Below, piece by piece: positions 41,538 to 51,053 of a DNA stretch of 60,494 nucleotides (its first letter is position 1; every line of letters begins with the position of its first letter). Both the position numbers and the translations under genes were made by a program. Below the pieces are notes generated by a model that made no database searches, was not told the origin of the DNA, and was given only the letters and a program-made list of their open reading frames with translations. This stretch comes from a bacterium. GTDB lineage: Bacteria; Patescibacteriota; Patescibacteriia; 2-01-FULL-39-33. The stretch spans positions 1-60,494 of the forward strand of contig JAKQDP010000038.1 in the NCBI GenBank assembly GCA_029558735.1, read 5' to 3'.

Positions 41538-42326
41538 AATTAATCAAGCTATTAATTTTTCGACGATGACTAACGTTTTCTTTCGTCAACTGACTCAACA
41601 GCGCTTTGGCTCGCCGTTTCTTAAAAAAACTGATCGTTGATTCTTCAATTGCCTGCCGATAAGTATCGTTCAATTGCCAAATAACATCTTCTTCCATGGC
41701 CACCACTTCTTTAAACTTGTCCGACCAAGATCGGCTTTGGCTTTTGGTGCCACCTTCGCTTTTCCGGTTAAGGCTCTTATTTTTTCTTTCAGTTCCACCA
41801 TTTTTAATTCTCGACCAACCATCAAATCATTAAACCTCTCCAATTGATTGATCTTCTCCTTCAGCTGAGACACGTCATTCATGGTGCCGACCATCCGTTG
41901 CTTGTCTACCAACACCCCCGCGTCTTCAATAAAAGCATACTGACCGTTTTTTCGCCGAAACCGGTATTCAATGTGATATTTGGTTCGCGTTTTAATCGCT
42001 TTGGCCAATAATTTCGCCGCCAATTTTCTGTCATCAGGATGAATTAGTTTCTCCCAGCGAGCCAAATCGCAATCAATAAATTCTGCCGGCGAATAGCCGG
42101 CCACGCTAGAAATATTACCCGACCAAACAATCCGGCCGGTTTTTAAATTGAAGTCATAAAGCAATTGCTTGCTGTTTTCCAAAGCGACGCGATAACGAAT
42201 TTCCAGTTCTGTTAATTTTTTAAGCACGGCTGAACCGGTTACGGCCAAATCAACTTACCGCCCCTGGGCGGAAGCTTTTGTTTTCTAACTCGGATGTTTG
42301 TTGCTGCCAGTTGGTTTGATTGCCAT
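41503..42326 (-). pseudogene. PAS-domain sensor with probable ferritin-like C-terminus, degraded
   Basis: ATG 42326 is in frame with the PAS ORF but separated by TAG and TAA; PAS motifs IHPDD and EYRF; MVGRELKM coil; frameshift to the 41503-41706 piece (MEED..ENVSH). Confidence 0.7.
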
Positions 42327-42415
42327 TAGTCACCTTGTTCAATATTTTTTTAATTATAACATTTTTCCCAGAAAAAAAATACGCCGCTCTAGCGGCGTAA
42401 CAATTGGCCAACCGA

Positions 42416-43183
42416 CTAACTTTCCATTCGACTAAACAACCAACTGCCGACACTTAAAATAATCGTCACCAACGCCATAAGCACCAAAAAATCCCAACTA
42501 ATTGAATAATGAAACTGACCGGTTAGACCGCCCCGTACGCCGTCAACACCATAGCTCAATGGATTGAATCGAACAATAACTGACAGGCCGGCCGGTAAAT
42601 CCTCCACCGGAAAAAGCGCTCCCGACAAAAAAAATAGGGGCATCACAATCATATTAATAACCACCGGAAAAGCGTGCATATCATTGAAAAAAGTCGCCAA
42701 TAAGGTGCCAAAAGCGGTAAACATTAGGGCGATTAAAAACATAAACATTAACGCCAGCAACCAGCCGCCCAAAGAAATCGGGGTAAAACCGATTAAAAAA
42801 GCGATAAAAAAAACCAGCAACCCCTGTAACATCGCCACTGAAGCTCCCCCCAATGTTCGTCCCAACATAATCGCCAGCCGAGAAATCGGCGCCACTAAGG
42901 TTTCCTTGAGAAAACCGAACTGCTTATCGCTAATCACTTCGGTGCCGGTAAACATCGCACTAAAAATCACACTCATGGCAACAATGCCCGGCGCCAAAAA
43001 AGTAATGTAATCGCCCTGACCGGCTTGGGCGTAAACATTTTTAAAACCAAAACCAAAAGCGACCAAAAATAATACCGGTTGAAATATCGACATAACCAAC
43101 CTGGCCTTGGAGCGAAGATGCCTCTTGATTTGACGCAACCACAGAATATAAACTGCGGCTAATTCATGATTTATTTTTTCCAT
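42416..43183 (-). CDS. ABC-2 type exporter permease (DrrB-like)
   Basis: FLAPG, GFLKE.LVAP, FFLSGALFP and NPLSY motifs. Confidence 0.92.
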   Translation of the reverse strand: MEKINHELAAVYILWLRQIKRHLRSKARLVMSIFQPVLFLVAFGFGFKNVYAQAGQGDYITFLAPGIVAMSVIFSAMFTGTEVISDKQFGFLKETLVAPISRLAIMLGRTLGGASVAMLQGLLVFFIAFLIGFTPISLGGWLLALMFMFLIALMFTAFGTLLATFFNDMHAFPVVINMIVMPLFFLSGALFPVEDLPAGLSVIVRFNPLSYGVDGVRGGLTGQFHYSISWDFLVLMALVTIILSVGSWLFSRMES

Positions 43184-43962
43184 TTTCTTTGATTTAATAA
43201 GCGCAGCCGTTCAGCGGCGCTGATATTTTCATCGCGAAGGTCATAGCCGGTCAGCTTTAAAAAAGCCTGTTCCAAGCTATCACTGTCCGTTTGCCGCTGC
43301 AAATCTTGCGGAGTACCTCGAGCAACAATTTGACCCCGATCAATAATGGCAATTTGATCGGCATAACGCTGGGCCTCATCCATATAATGGGTGGTAAAAA
43401 ATACCGTCAACTGGCGTTGTTGATTCAAATTCTTGATGTAAGCCCAGATATGATTGCGCGTTTGCGGATCCAACCCCAAGGTCGGTTCATCCAAAAACAA
43501 CACTTTCGGCTCATGGAGTAAACCGCGGGCAATCTCCAGTCGCCGCTTCATGCCGCCGGAAAAATCCTTGACCAGACTTTTCTGCCGCTCGGTTAAATTG
43601 ACCAACTCCAATAATTTGGCAATTTTTGCTCGACGTTCAGCTTTGGGTAAGGCGTAAATCAGCGCATGAAAATACATATTTTCATAAGCCGTCAGCTCAT
43701 CATCCAGACTGTAATCTTGGAACACTACCCCAAATGAACGGCGCGCTTGGGCCGGAGCGGCCAAAACATCAAAACCGTTTATTTCCAATTGACCACTAGT
43801 TGGCTTGAGCAGGGTGACTAACATTTTTATAGTGGTGCTTTTGCCGGCGCCATTAGGACCCAAAAAAGCGAAAATACTGCCCGGCGCCACGCCAAAAGAA
43901 ACGCCATCAACGGCCTTAAGACCATCAAATTGCTTGGTTAGATTGTCAACCTTAATTATCAT
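43171..43962 (-). CDS. ABC exporter ATP-binding protein (DrrA-like)
   Basis: GPNGAGKST, FSGGMKRR and LDEPT motifs; start reassigned to ATG 43962. Confidence 0.94.
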   Translation of the reverse strand: MIIKVDNLTKQFDGLKAVDGVSFGVAPGSIFAFLGPNGAGKSTTIKMLVTLLKPTSGQLEINGFDVLAAPAQARRSFGVVFQDYSLDDELTAYENMYFHALIYALPKAERRAKIAKLLELVNLTERQKSLVKDFSGGMKRRLEIARGLLHEPKVLFLDEPTLGLDPQTRNHIWAYIKNLNQQRQLTVFFTTHYMDEAQRYADQIAIIDRGQIVARGTPQDLQRQTDSDSLEQAFLKLTGYDLRDENISAAERLRLLNQRKWKK

Positions 43963-44136
43963 TAAATGATTTATAATAATTAAACCAAGAAGCACCAACT
44001 AAGCAAGCTGCTTACTCCTGGTCCAAATTCTCCGGGGGCAATCTTACCGGAAGCAAAAGGAATTTGAGCAAGCCTAACTTTAAAATTATTAATTATGAAG
44101 GCTGACATCTTTATAGCATTTTTTAAAAAAAGATAC

Positions 44137-44172
44137 AAAAAAAGAGCGGATTAGATTTTAATCTAATCCGCT
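44137..44172 (-). terminator. Rho-independent terminator
   Basis: AGCGGATTAGATT-TT-AATCTAATCCGCT with T tract on the minus strand. Confidence 0.8.
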
Positions 44173-44188
44173 AAATTTGGCGGCGCTT

Positions 44189-45604
44189 CTAAGGAATAAC
44201 AAATTCCCAAGCGCCATTGTTGGCAATAATCTCCCTTTCCTCCTCAAACGCCTGCCAGACGTCGGTGTTGATATAATGATAATTGCCAGCTTGATCAATG
44301 GCCACTATCGTTAATCGGGCGCGGGGCGAATATTGTTTCAATTCCAGATAAGCCGGCCAGCCCTTAAACTCAATCGGCTCTTCTTCGACAATCCACGGTG
44401 CCTGGGGGTAATAATGGATCACCACTAACTGGCTGATCTGAGTCTGCTCCTCAAGCCCCCAAAACAATCCGCGCATATCCCAGTCGTCAGCGTCTATAAC
44501 CGCATACGGCTGAGGACCGGTTGCAGTCGACCACCTGCCAAATCTCAATTGGGCCATTGGCGCCTGATAATCGGCCAAAGAAAATTCAATAATGCTGTTG
44601 CCACTGCCGTCATCTTTAATCAGTTGACGATTGGCGCCAAAACTGAATTCCCAATCAGGATTGTCGGGCGGGCCAAGATTGAAATAAACCACCCGCGCCA
44701 AATTGGTGATCACAAACGGCGTGCCGCGAAAATGGTAATTGGCGTCAAAGCCGGTCACCAGATTGGTAATCGGCAAGCCTTCAAATGGATAAACATCCGC
44801 CGAATCCTCGCCCCAACCATGAGGACCGCCAACGCCAACTTCGTAAATCGTCTCGTACAGCAAAAAATCAAATCCCGGCACCAGAAACTCGGCCACTTGG
44901 CGGTCCGGCGGCAGTTCCAAAATCAATCTCAACTGTCCCGAATCATCAGGGTACAAGAATCGGCCGCGGGGCTTATTTGCCTCAGGTGTTACCAGCGACG
45001 AATGGTTGCCGGCCTTATCTCGGCCTTGAACGGCAAAATCATATCCCCCGTTCTCAACCGGCAGAACAAATTGAAACACTCCGCTACTGGCGGCAATCTC
45101 CTGGCTGGTTGGCTGCCAAACTTCGCCAGTCGGCTTAACCCACAGCCGAACTGTCTCTAACCCGCTGCCTTCAATCAAAGAACCACTGGGCGCATCCTGG
45201 GCCTGACTATAACCAATCATTGAAGTCCGGTCATCAGACATCACGCTGGCCGCCTTAACTTGCGGCTGACTGTTGTCAACAATGACGGCGCCGGCATTGG
45301 GCACTTTGATTCGCCAATCCGGCCCAACCACTATCGGCTCAACTGGTAACGAAACTGATTGGTTATTGCTAATATCAACGCCAATTTCCGGTTCACCTGA
45401 ATCTTCCGGCCAATAAAATTGTTCCGGCTGACTGATTGGCTGATAAGAATTGCCAATCGGTTGGGGCAAGTAATCGGATATTGGCTCTTGACCGCCTAAA
45501 AAAGAATCATTAGGTTGATAATAACTCTCTTCCATGGACGACTCAGGGCATCCGCTTAAGCAGATCACTATGCCCGCCATTAACCAATATTTCTTCATCA
45601 TCAT
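44189..45604 (-). CDS. Hypothetical lipoprotein
   Basis: LSG|CP lipobox, SD AAGGGAG, Ig-like DKAGN/DQAGN motifs. Confidence 0.7.
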   Translation of the reverse strand: MMMKKYWLMAGIVICLSGCPESSMEESYYQPNDSFLGGQEPISDYLPQPIGNSYQPISQPEQFYWPEDSGEPEIGVDISNNQSVSLPVEPIVVGPDWRIKVPNAGAVIVDNSQPQVKAASVMSDDRTSMIGYSQAQDAPSGSLIEGSGLETVRLWVKPTGEVWQPTSQEIAASSGVFQFVLPVENGGYDFAVQGRDKAGNHSSLVTPEANKPRGRFLYPDDSGQLRLILELPPDRQVAEFLVPGFDFLLYETIYEVGVGGPHGWGEDSADVYPFEGLPITNLVTGFDANYHFRGTPFVITNLARVVYFNLGPPDNPDWEFSFGANRQLIKDDGSGNSIIEFSLADYQAPMAQLRFGRWSTATGPQPYAVIDADDWDMRGLFWGLEEQTQISQLVVIHYYPQAPWIVEEEPIEFKGWPAYLELKQYSPRARLTIVAIDQAGNYHYINTDVWQAFEEEREIIANNGAWEFVIP

Positions 45605-45923
45605 CTCCCTTTCTTTGTGTTTTAGGAGCCCAAAAGCTCCGCCACTAAAGAAAGGGAGCTAATCGACTCCTGAGGCTGACTTGTTTTTAAAGTACTAAAT
45701 TAACCATATATTTTAGCAAAATATCCTATAATTGTCAAACTTAAATCTGCTTAAACCCTTAAAGCCACCAACATCAACAACAAAAATAAAAAAATAAATA
45801 TTTAATTTACCTAAACTTAGCGACAATTTAGCTTATAGACAACCACTAATATAAAAGATAAAATACAAATAGCCAAGGGTCGGCATTGTTCTTTATGTTT
45901 CCTTTAAAAAATAACTGAAACAT

Positions 45924-46814
45924 ATGAAAAAAACAATTATCGCTGTTGCCGGTTTAATTGTCTTATTGGGCTTGGCCGACGGAGTCGGCGCTGAAGTCAA
46001 TTCTGTCACCCCCAGCACCAATGACCTTAACCGCACCAGGGGCTGGGCCCATGTCAACCAGCTAAGCGCCGGCATTGGCACGACCAATTTGCAATTTGTC
46101 AGCACCAGAGGCTTTCTAAGCTGTTTTGAATACCGTACTGACGGCGACACCGGCCAGAAAATCAGCGACACTAATTACAATACCAATATTACCGACGGCC
46201 TTTATCCTTATTACTGCGAGAATAACAGCTCCAGCACCCACACCTTTACTGCCAACCATTATGTGGAAGTCAGAATGGTGTTTGGCGCTGAGACTGATGA
46301 GCGCTTTGACTGGACCAGATTTGACGTGATTTATCCACGCAGCGCTTCAATTACTGCCCCCACCTCCAGCGCCGAAGTCTACGACTTGGTCGATTTTACC
46401 GCCTATCTTAACGACGATAACATCGACCCGATTCAATGGACGATTAGGCAGGGCACTTGCGCTGCCGGCACCAACACTGTCTTGGGCAATGTAGACGGTC
46501 ACAATGATGTCGCCATTATTGATACCAGCGATTTATCACATCAGACTTTTTCCTTTACCGCCGATGTCAGCGGTTTGGCGCTAGGCGATTACTGCTTTAT
46601 CTATAACCCGACTGAAGACAGTGGTGAAACCAATATCCGAAAAACTGTTGAATTCAAAGTAATTGACGAGCCGACTCCACCGCCGGTCGGACCAACCAGC
46701 AAAGACGACTGCAAGCAAGACGGCTGGAAAAGCTTTACTAATCCGTCATTTAAGAATCAAGGCCAATGCATCAGCTACTTAATGAGTAACTACCACGCCG
46801 GCAAAAGGGATTAA
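45924..46814 (+). CDS. Secreted protein with C-terminal CK..GW..F....FKNQG.C motif
   Basis: Signal peptide; PTSKDDCKQDGWKSFTNPSFKNQGQCISY tail. Confidence 0.72.
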   Translation: MKKTIIAVAGLIVLLGLADGVGAEVNSVTPSTNDLNRTRGWAHVNQLSAGIGTTNLQFVSTRGFLSCFEYRTDGDTGQKISDTNYNTNITDGLYPYYCENNSSSTHTFTANHYVEVRMVFGAETDERFDWTRFDVIYPRSASITAPTSSAEVYDLVDFTAYLNDDNIDPIQWTIRQGTCAAGTNTVLGNVDGHNDVAIIDTSDLSHQTFSFTADVSGLALGDYCFIYNPTEDSGETNIRKTVEFKVIDEPTPPPVGPTSKDDCKQDGWKSFTNPSFKNQGQCISYLMSNYHAGKRD

Positions 46815-47117
46815 TTTCCCAATGATAAAAATAAAATTCTCCGGAGATAGCTCAATAGATATCTTCGGAAATTTTTGTTTGATTCTAATAAAAAAACTGC
46901 CGGCCGACAATAAACTGAGTTATCAAATATTTCAATTTAATTGCCCTTGACGGGGCTTCTTTTTTACTTTCTTACTAAATCAATTATCAATACTCCCTTG
47001 TCTAATGTTGGTTTTATCCACCTATACCCCTCTTCTTTGATTGTTTTTATCATATAGGTACTCATTCCCTCATTTTAGAGAAAACCGCCATATGTGTGTG
47101 CACATCATCCTTTAAAT

Positions 47118-47196
47118 TTGACTTTCTATCAAGCAAGAGGTATGATTAAATTAGTGTTCTTTGTAAATTGACCAATAAACACAACCAAAAAGGAGT
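47118..47196 (+). promoter_or_regulatory. Promoter, boxA-like element and SD of the GH17 gene
   Basis: TTGACT-17 bp-TATGAT; TGTTCTTTGTAA at 47155-47166; AAGGAG before ATG 47204. Confidence 0.6.
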
Positions 47197-47203
47197 CAGA
47201 AAG

Positions 47204-49096
47204 ATGAGACAGTCTGTTTTGCAGGGGAGTTTAATGAAATTAGTGGTTATTTCCTTGGGAGTGATGTTGATAGGATGTCCTCCCCCCCTGGGTCCAATCA
47301 ATGGCCCCGGCGATCCGACAATTGAGTTTACTCATGTGCCGAAAATCGGTAGTGCTGAGGATTTGGAAGGTCAAGTCTGGCATGTTACTGCGGCTGATCA
47401 CGGTGTAGCTGTTTATATCAAAGTTGGGGTTGGTTGGTGGACAAAACCCTACTGGGATCAACCAGTCTCTTTGATCTATCCCGACGGCAGCTGGCGGTGT
47501 GATATCACTACCGGCGGCTATGATCAACAGGCTACTGAAATAATTGCTTTCTTGATCGAAAGTGATTATGATCCACCTTTGGCCCAAAATATCCAATCCT
47601 TGCCCGAAGAGATCTTTAATCAAGCTCTGAATTGGGTGAAAGTCAACAGAGAACAGAAACCACCGGCTACAGTGGTCGTACCAAATGTAGTCGATTTGAC
47701 CGAATCCGAAGCTCGGCAACTGATCGAGGCCGCCGAGTTGGCAGTCGGTCAGGTTAGCACCGAGTATCACGAAACAGCTTCGGTTAATCAGGTAATCTCC
47801 CAATCGCCTCAGGCCGGAGTGGAACTGGAAATCAATTCTCAAGTTAACTTAACTGTTTCTCTGGGTTCGAAACCACCGGCATATCAAGTTTACGGATTAA
47901 ACTTCGGTCCGTACACCAAGGAAGGCCAAAATCCGGAGCACGGGACAGTGATCCCGAAAGAACAGATCAGGGAATTGTTGGAGATAATCGCTCCTTATAC
48001 TCAGTGGGTACGAACCTTTGGAACTACTCACGGTTTGGAGCATGTTGGACCAATAGCCAATGAGCTTGGCTTGAAGGTGGCAGTCGGTGCTTGGCTGGAC
48101 TCTAATTCGGAGACTAACCAAGAACAGATCGACGGAATGATTGAAATAGCTAATGCCGGTTATGCCGATCTTCTGATCGTTGGCAGCGAAACTCTACTAC
48201 GTGGGGATCTGTCTGCCTCTGAGCTGATAGGTTATATCAATCAAGTTAAATCTCTGGCTCCCGGACTGCCAGTGACTACCGCCGATATCTATGGTAATTT
48301 ACTGAACGAACCGGAAGTAATTGAGGCCGTAGACATAGTCCTAGTCAACTACTATCCGGTTTGGGAAGGGATATCAATAGACTACGCCGTAGCTCACCTT
48401 CACCAACAGCATCAAATGATGCAAGAAGTAGCTGGTGACAAGCAGGTTATAGTCTCAGAGACCGGCTGGCCTAGCCAAGGTGAACCGTTAGGTCAAGCCG
48501 TGCCGTCTAAAGAAAATGCCGCTTTCTACTTTTTGAATTTTGTCTCCTGGGCTCGAGCCGAAAAAGTGGACTACTTCTACTTCGCTGCCTTTAATGAACC
48601 CTGGAAACAAGAATGGGATTGGGGCCCCTACTGGGGCGTCTGGGATCAATTCGGTCAGATGAAACCTGGCATGGAAGCGGTGTTTGAAGACATGACCATA
48701 CTGGATAACTGGAGCGGTCAGGAAATTATCGGTGGTTGCGGTGATCCAGTGATCGAATTCACTTTTGTACCGGATTGTGGCAGCTACGATGACCTCGTCG
48801 GTCAAGTCTGGCATGTTGCTGCGGCTGATCACGGTGTAGCTGTTTATATCAAAGTTGGGGTTGGTTGGTGGACAAAACCCTACTGGAATCAACCAGTCTC
48901 TTTGATCTATCCCGACGGCAGCTGGCGGTGTGATATCACTACCGGCGGCTATGATCAACAGGCCACTGAAATAATTGCTTTCTTGATCGAAAGTGATTAT
49001 GATCCACCTTTGGCCAATGGCGATCAAAATCTGCCGGCCGAGCTAGAACAAAATGCTTTGGTCTGGGTCGAGGTCAAACGAGATCCAGATTCATAA
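47204..49096 (+). CDS. Lipoprotein: repeat domain - PASTA - GH17 beta-1,3-glucanase-like - repeat domain
   Basis: LIG|CP lipobox; VVPNVV..SQSP.AG PASTA; GH17 VGSETLLR, NYYP.W, VSETGWPS and F.AFNEPWK motifs. Confidence 0.87.
   Translation: MRQSVLQGSLMKLVVISLGVMLIGCPPPLGPINGPGDPTIEFTHVPKIGSAEDLEGQVWHVTAADHGVAVYIKVGVGWWTKPYWDQPVSLIYPDGSWRCDITTGGYDQQATEIIAFLIESDYDPPLAQNIQSLPEEIFNQALNWVKVNREQKPPATVVVPNVVDLTESEARQLIEAAELAVGQVSTEYHETASVNQVISQSPQAGVELEINSQVNLTVSLGSKPPAYQVYGLNFGPYTKEGQNPEHGTVIPKEQIRELLEIIAPYTQWVRTFGTTHGLEHVGPIANELGLKVAVGAWLDSNSETNQEQIDGMIEIANAGYADLLIVGSETLLRGDLSASELIGYINQVKSLAPGLPVTTADIYGNLLNEPEVIEAVDIVLVNYYPVWEGISIDYAVAHLHQQHQMMQEVAGDKQVIVSETGWPSQGEPLGQAVPSKENAAFYFLNFVSWARAEKVDYFYFAAFNEPWKQEWDWGPYWGVWDQFGQMKPGMEAVFEDMTILDNWSGQEIIGGCGDPVIEFTFVPDCGSYDDLVGQVWHVAAADHGVAVYIKVGVGWWTKPYWNQPVSLIYPDGSWRCDITTGGYDQQATEIIAFLIESDYDPPLANGDQNLPAELEQNALVWVEVKRDPDS
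47369..49015 (+). repeat. 216-bp near-identical direct repeat inside the GH17 gene (47369-47584 and 48800-49015)
   Basis: Manual alignment gives only 3 mismatches (A/G, G/A, T/C). Confidence 0.95.
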
Positions 49097-49120
49097 TAGA
49101 AAAAATTGGTTTGTTTACTC

Positions 49121-49148
49121 AAGCGGCTTCTCCGGAAGTCGCTTTTTT
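49121..49148 (+). terminator. Rho-independent terminator
   Basis: AAGCGGCTTC-TCCG-GAAGTCGCTT followed by T tract. Confidence 0.75.
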
Positions 49149-49348
49149 AGTTGGAGTGATCAAATCGAACAAAAATGGTGATTAACTCCATTTTCACAGA
49201 AACAAGGTTTAGCCCTTTTATTTTTTAAAACAAACAAAATAGGACTTGTCGATTGGCAAATCCGAAACAAACTGAATGAAGAAACAATTACAACCATCTA
49301 TCTTCCCCTTTCTCGCAATCTTCTCAGAATCTTCTTTCTTCTTCTTCC

Positions 49349-50508
49349 TGGCAGGTACCCCTTTTTTAAGACAAAGTTTCTACATTTCTGTTAATAAACT
49401 TTTATATTTCATATTGCCCGGCGAAAGCATTAGGCGCCATATTAAGCGAAGTGTGAATTCGCTCTTGATTGTAGTAATAGATTTGTTGATAAATTAAGAC
49501 CATCAGTTCCCCTAGTAATTGAAGGCGACCAGGATCACCTAATTCAACCTTAAATTGAGAACAGAATGATTCTTGGTAGCCATTCTCTCAAGGGCAACCT
49601 TTACCGGCCATGGAGGGAGTAATACCAACCTGTTTGAGTAGATTTTGATAATCTCGGGAGCAATACTCTCTACCATGATCGGAGTGAATAATTTCAAGAC
49701 GACCGTAATGAGCCAAAGCCGATAGTAGGGAGGTAATAACTAGATGTCGATCATGATTTTTGGAAATAGCCAGACCAACAATACGTCTAGTGAATAGATC
49801 AATAATGGTGGCTACATACAACCAAGCTCCATCAAACCAAAGAATAGGTAAAGTCTGAAGCCCAGATGTGATTAGGGTAGCTTGGAGTATTGGTAAGTGG
49901 TAGATTAGGATGGTCTACTGCTCCCACGGCTTTGTTTGGCTGTTTTCTGCCTCTTCGGCGATAGGGTTTAAGGTTGTAGAGTTTCATTACTCGAAGAACT
50001 CTCTTTTTGTTTAACTTTTAATGTCCGGCTAATCATTTGTGACCATAGGCCGGATGTTTACGGAGAGCTTCTTCGATCATGATCTTAACCTTCTCGTCTT
50101 TTTGGGGTTGTTTAGCTTGATAGTAGAGATTGGAACGGGATAGACTCAACAGACCAACCTGATTGGTTTTATTGCCCTGATACCTCATGATTAACTGTTT
50201 TTTGGGGCTCGTTTGAGTTCCATGGTAACTTCACCGAGCATTTCCTTGAGAGTCTGATTTTCTTTCTTTAAACGAGAATATTCCAATAGGCTGGGTTGAT
50301 TACTAATACCTTTAGAAAACCAAGGGTAGATAGTGCGATTACTGATTCCGTGATCAGAAGCGGCCTGACTAATACTTACTCCTTCATTTTTAATACGATT
50401 GATAATTTGTTCTTTAACTTCTTTAGAGATTTTATTTGTCTTTTTCATATGCCCCTATTTTAACTTAATTGACATAGAATGTTTGTCTTACATTTGGGGT
50501 ACCTTGCA
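49349..50508 (-). mobile_element. IS3-family insertion sequence, degenerate (1160 bp)
   Basis: TG...CA ends with 34-bp imperfect inverted repeats (26 of 34 match; 49349-49382 and 50475-50508); orfA HTH at 50191-50448; orfB from 50188 with W..DF, IIDLFTR.IVG, HSDHG and GCP*ENG.QESF, interrupted by stops. Confidence 0.9.
50191..50448 (-). CDS. IS3 transposase OrfA (HTH)
   Basis: SKEVKEQII..GVSISQAA..HGIS..TIY.W plus leucine-zipper LKKEN..LK. Confidence 0.85.
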   Translation of the reverse strand: MKKTNKISKEVKEQIINRIKNEGVSISQAASDHGISNRTIYPWFSKGISNQPSLLEYSRLKKENQTLKEMLGEVTMELKRAPKNS

Positions 50509-50738
50509 ATAGGATTTTGGAAATCTTGAAAATCACTTATGTCAAGTTTGTTTTGTACAGAGTAACTATTTAATATTAGATAGTTTATTACCTCCAATAA
50601 AGTTGTTTTTCCATTCCCATTTTCACCAATCAAAATATTTAAACCGCTTCCTTTTTCTCCATTTGGAATCGCTAAATCTTCAAAGGTTTTATCTCCGAAA
50701 CATTTGAAATTTTTTATTTGTAAAGTTTTTATAAACAT
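50509..50738 (-). pseudogene. N-terminal fragment of an ABC/AAA ATPase (OLD/AAA_15-like), truncated by IS3
   Basis: MFIKTLQIKNFKCF..GLNILIGENGNGKTTLLE; reading frame runs into the IS end at 50508. Confidence 0.82.
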
Positions 50739-50773
50739 ATTTAAAAATTCAAAATTTCCCAACCTTTGAAAGA

Positions 50774-51036
50774 TTGATCAATAGAAGAAAATTATTAAGA
50801 GACAGAGCTCTATCATATAAAGGCGGGAAATGCGAGCTTTGTGGATACGATAAATGTCAACAGGCATTAGAATTTCATCACCTAGAATTAACCAGGAAAG
50901 ACTTCGGTATTTCGGCAAAGGGATTTGCCAGATCCTGGAAAAAATCATAAAGGAATTGGATAAATGCATATTGGTTTGCGCCAACTGCCATCGGGAAATC
51001 CACAGTAAAGCCCAAACAATAAAAAAAGAGGCCTAA
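50774..51036 (+). pseudogene. HNH endonuclease with a single frameshift
   Basis: GGKCELCGYDKC..ALEFHH..KDFGIS..RSWKK continues as IIKELDKCILVCANCHREIH after a shift at the A6 run 50939-50944. Confidence 0.85.
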
Positions 51037-51050
51037 ACCTCTTTTTTTAT
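51019..51050. terminator. Bidirectional terminator after the duplicated tRNA 3' end
   Basis: ATAAAAAAAGAGG..CCTCTTTTTTTAT. Confidence 0.75.
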
Positions 51051-51053
51051 CTA

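Noticed and set aside
39020-42326. Stop-codon reassignment as the explanation for interrupted genes
   Set aside because: The interruptions include TAA, TAG and frameshifts, and all three stop codons end normal genes elsewhere in the window.
44010-44073. SRP RNA or a known riboswitch
   Set aside because: It lacks the SRP domain IV motif and any aptamer consensus I recognise; kept only as an unknown structured leader.
47369-49015. 216-bp repeat pair as a DGR template/variable repeat
   Set aside because: The three mismatches are not adenine-specific in one direction, both copies are in-frame coding sequence, and no reverse transcriptase is present in the window.
47240-49027. Minus-strand ORFs of 200 and 179 aa with shared sequence
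   Set aside because: Antisense shadows of the repeated GH17 domains.
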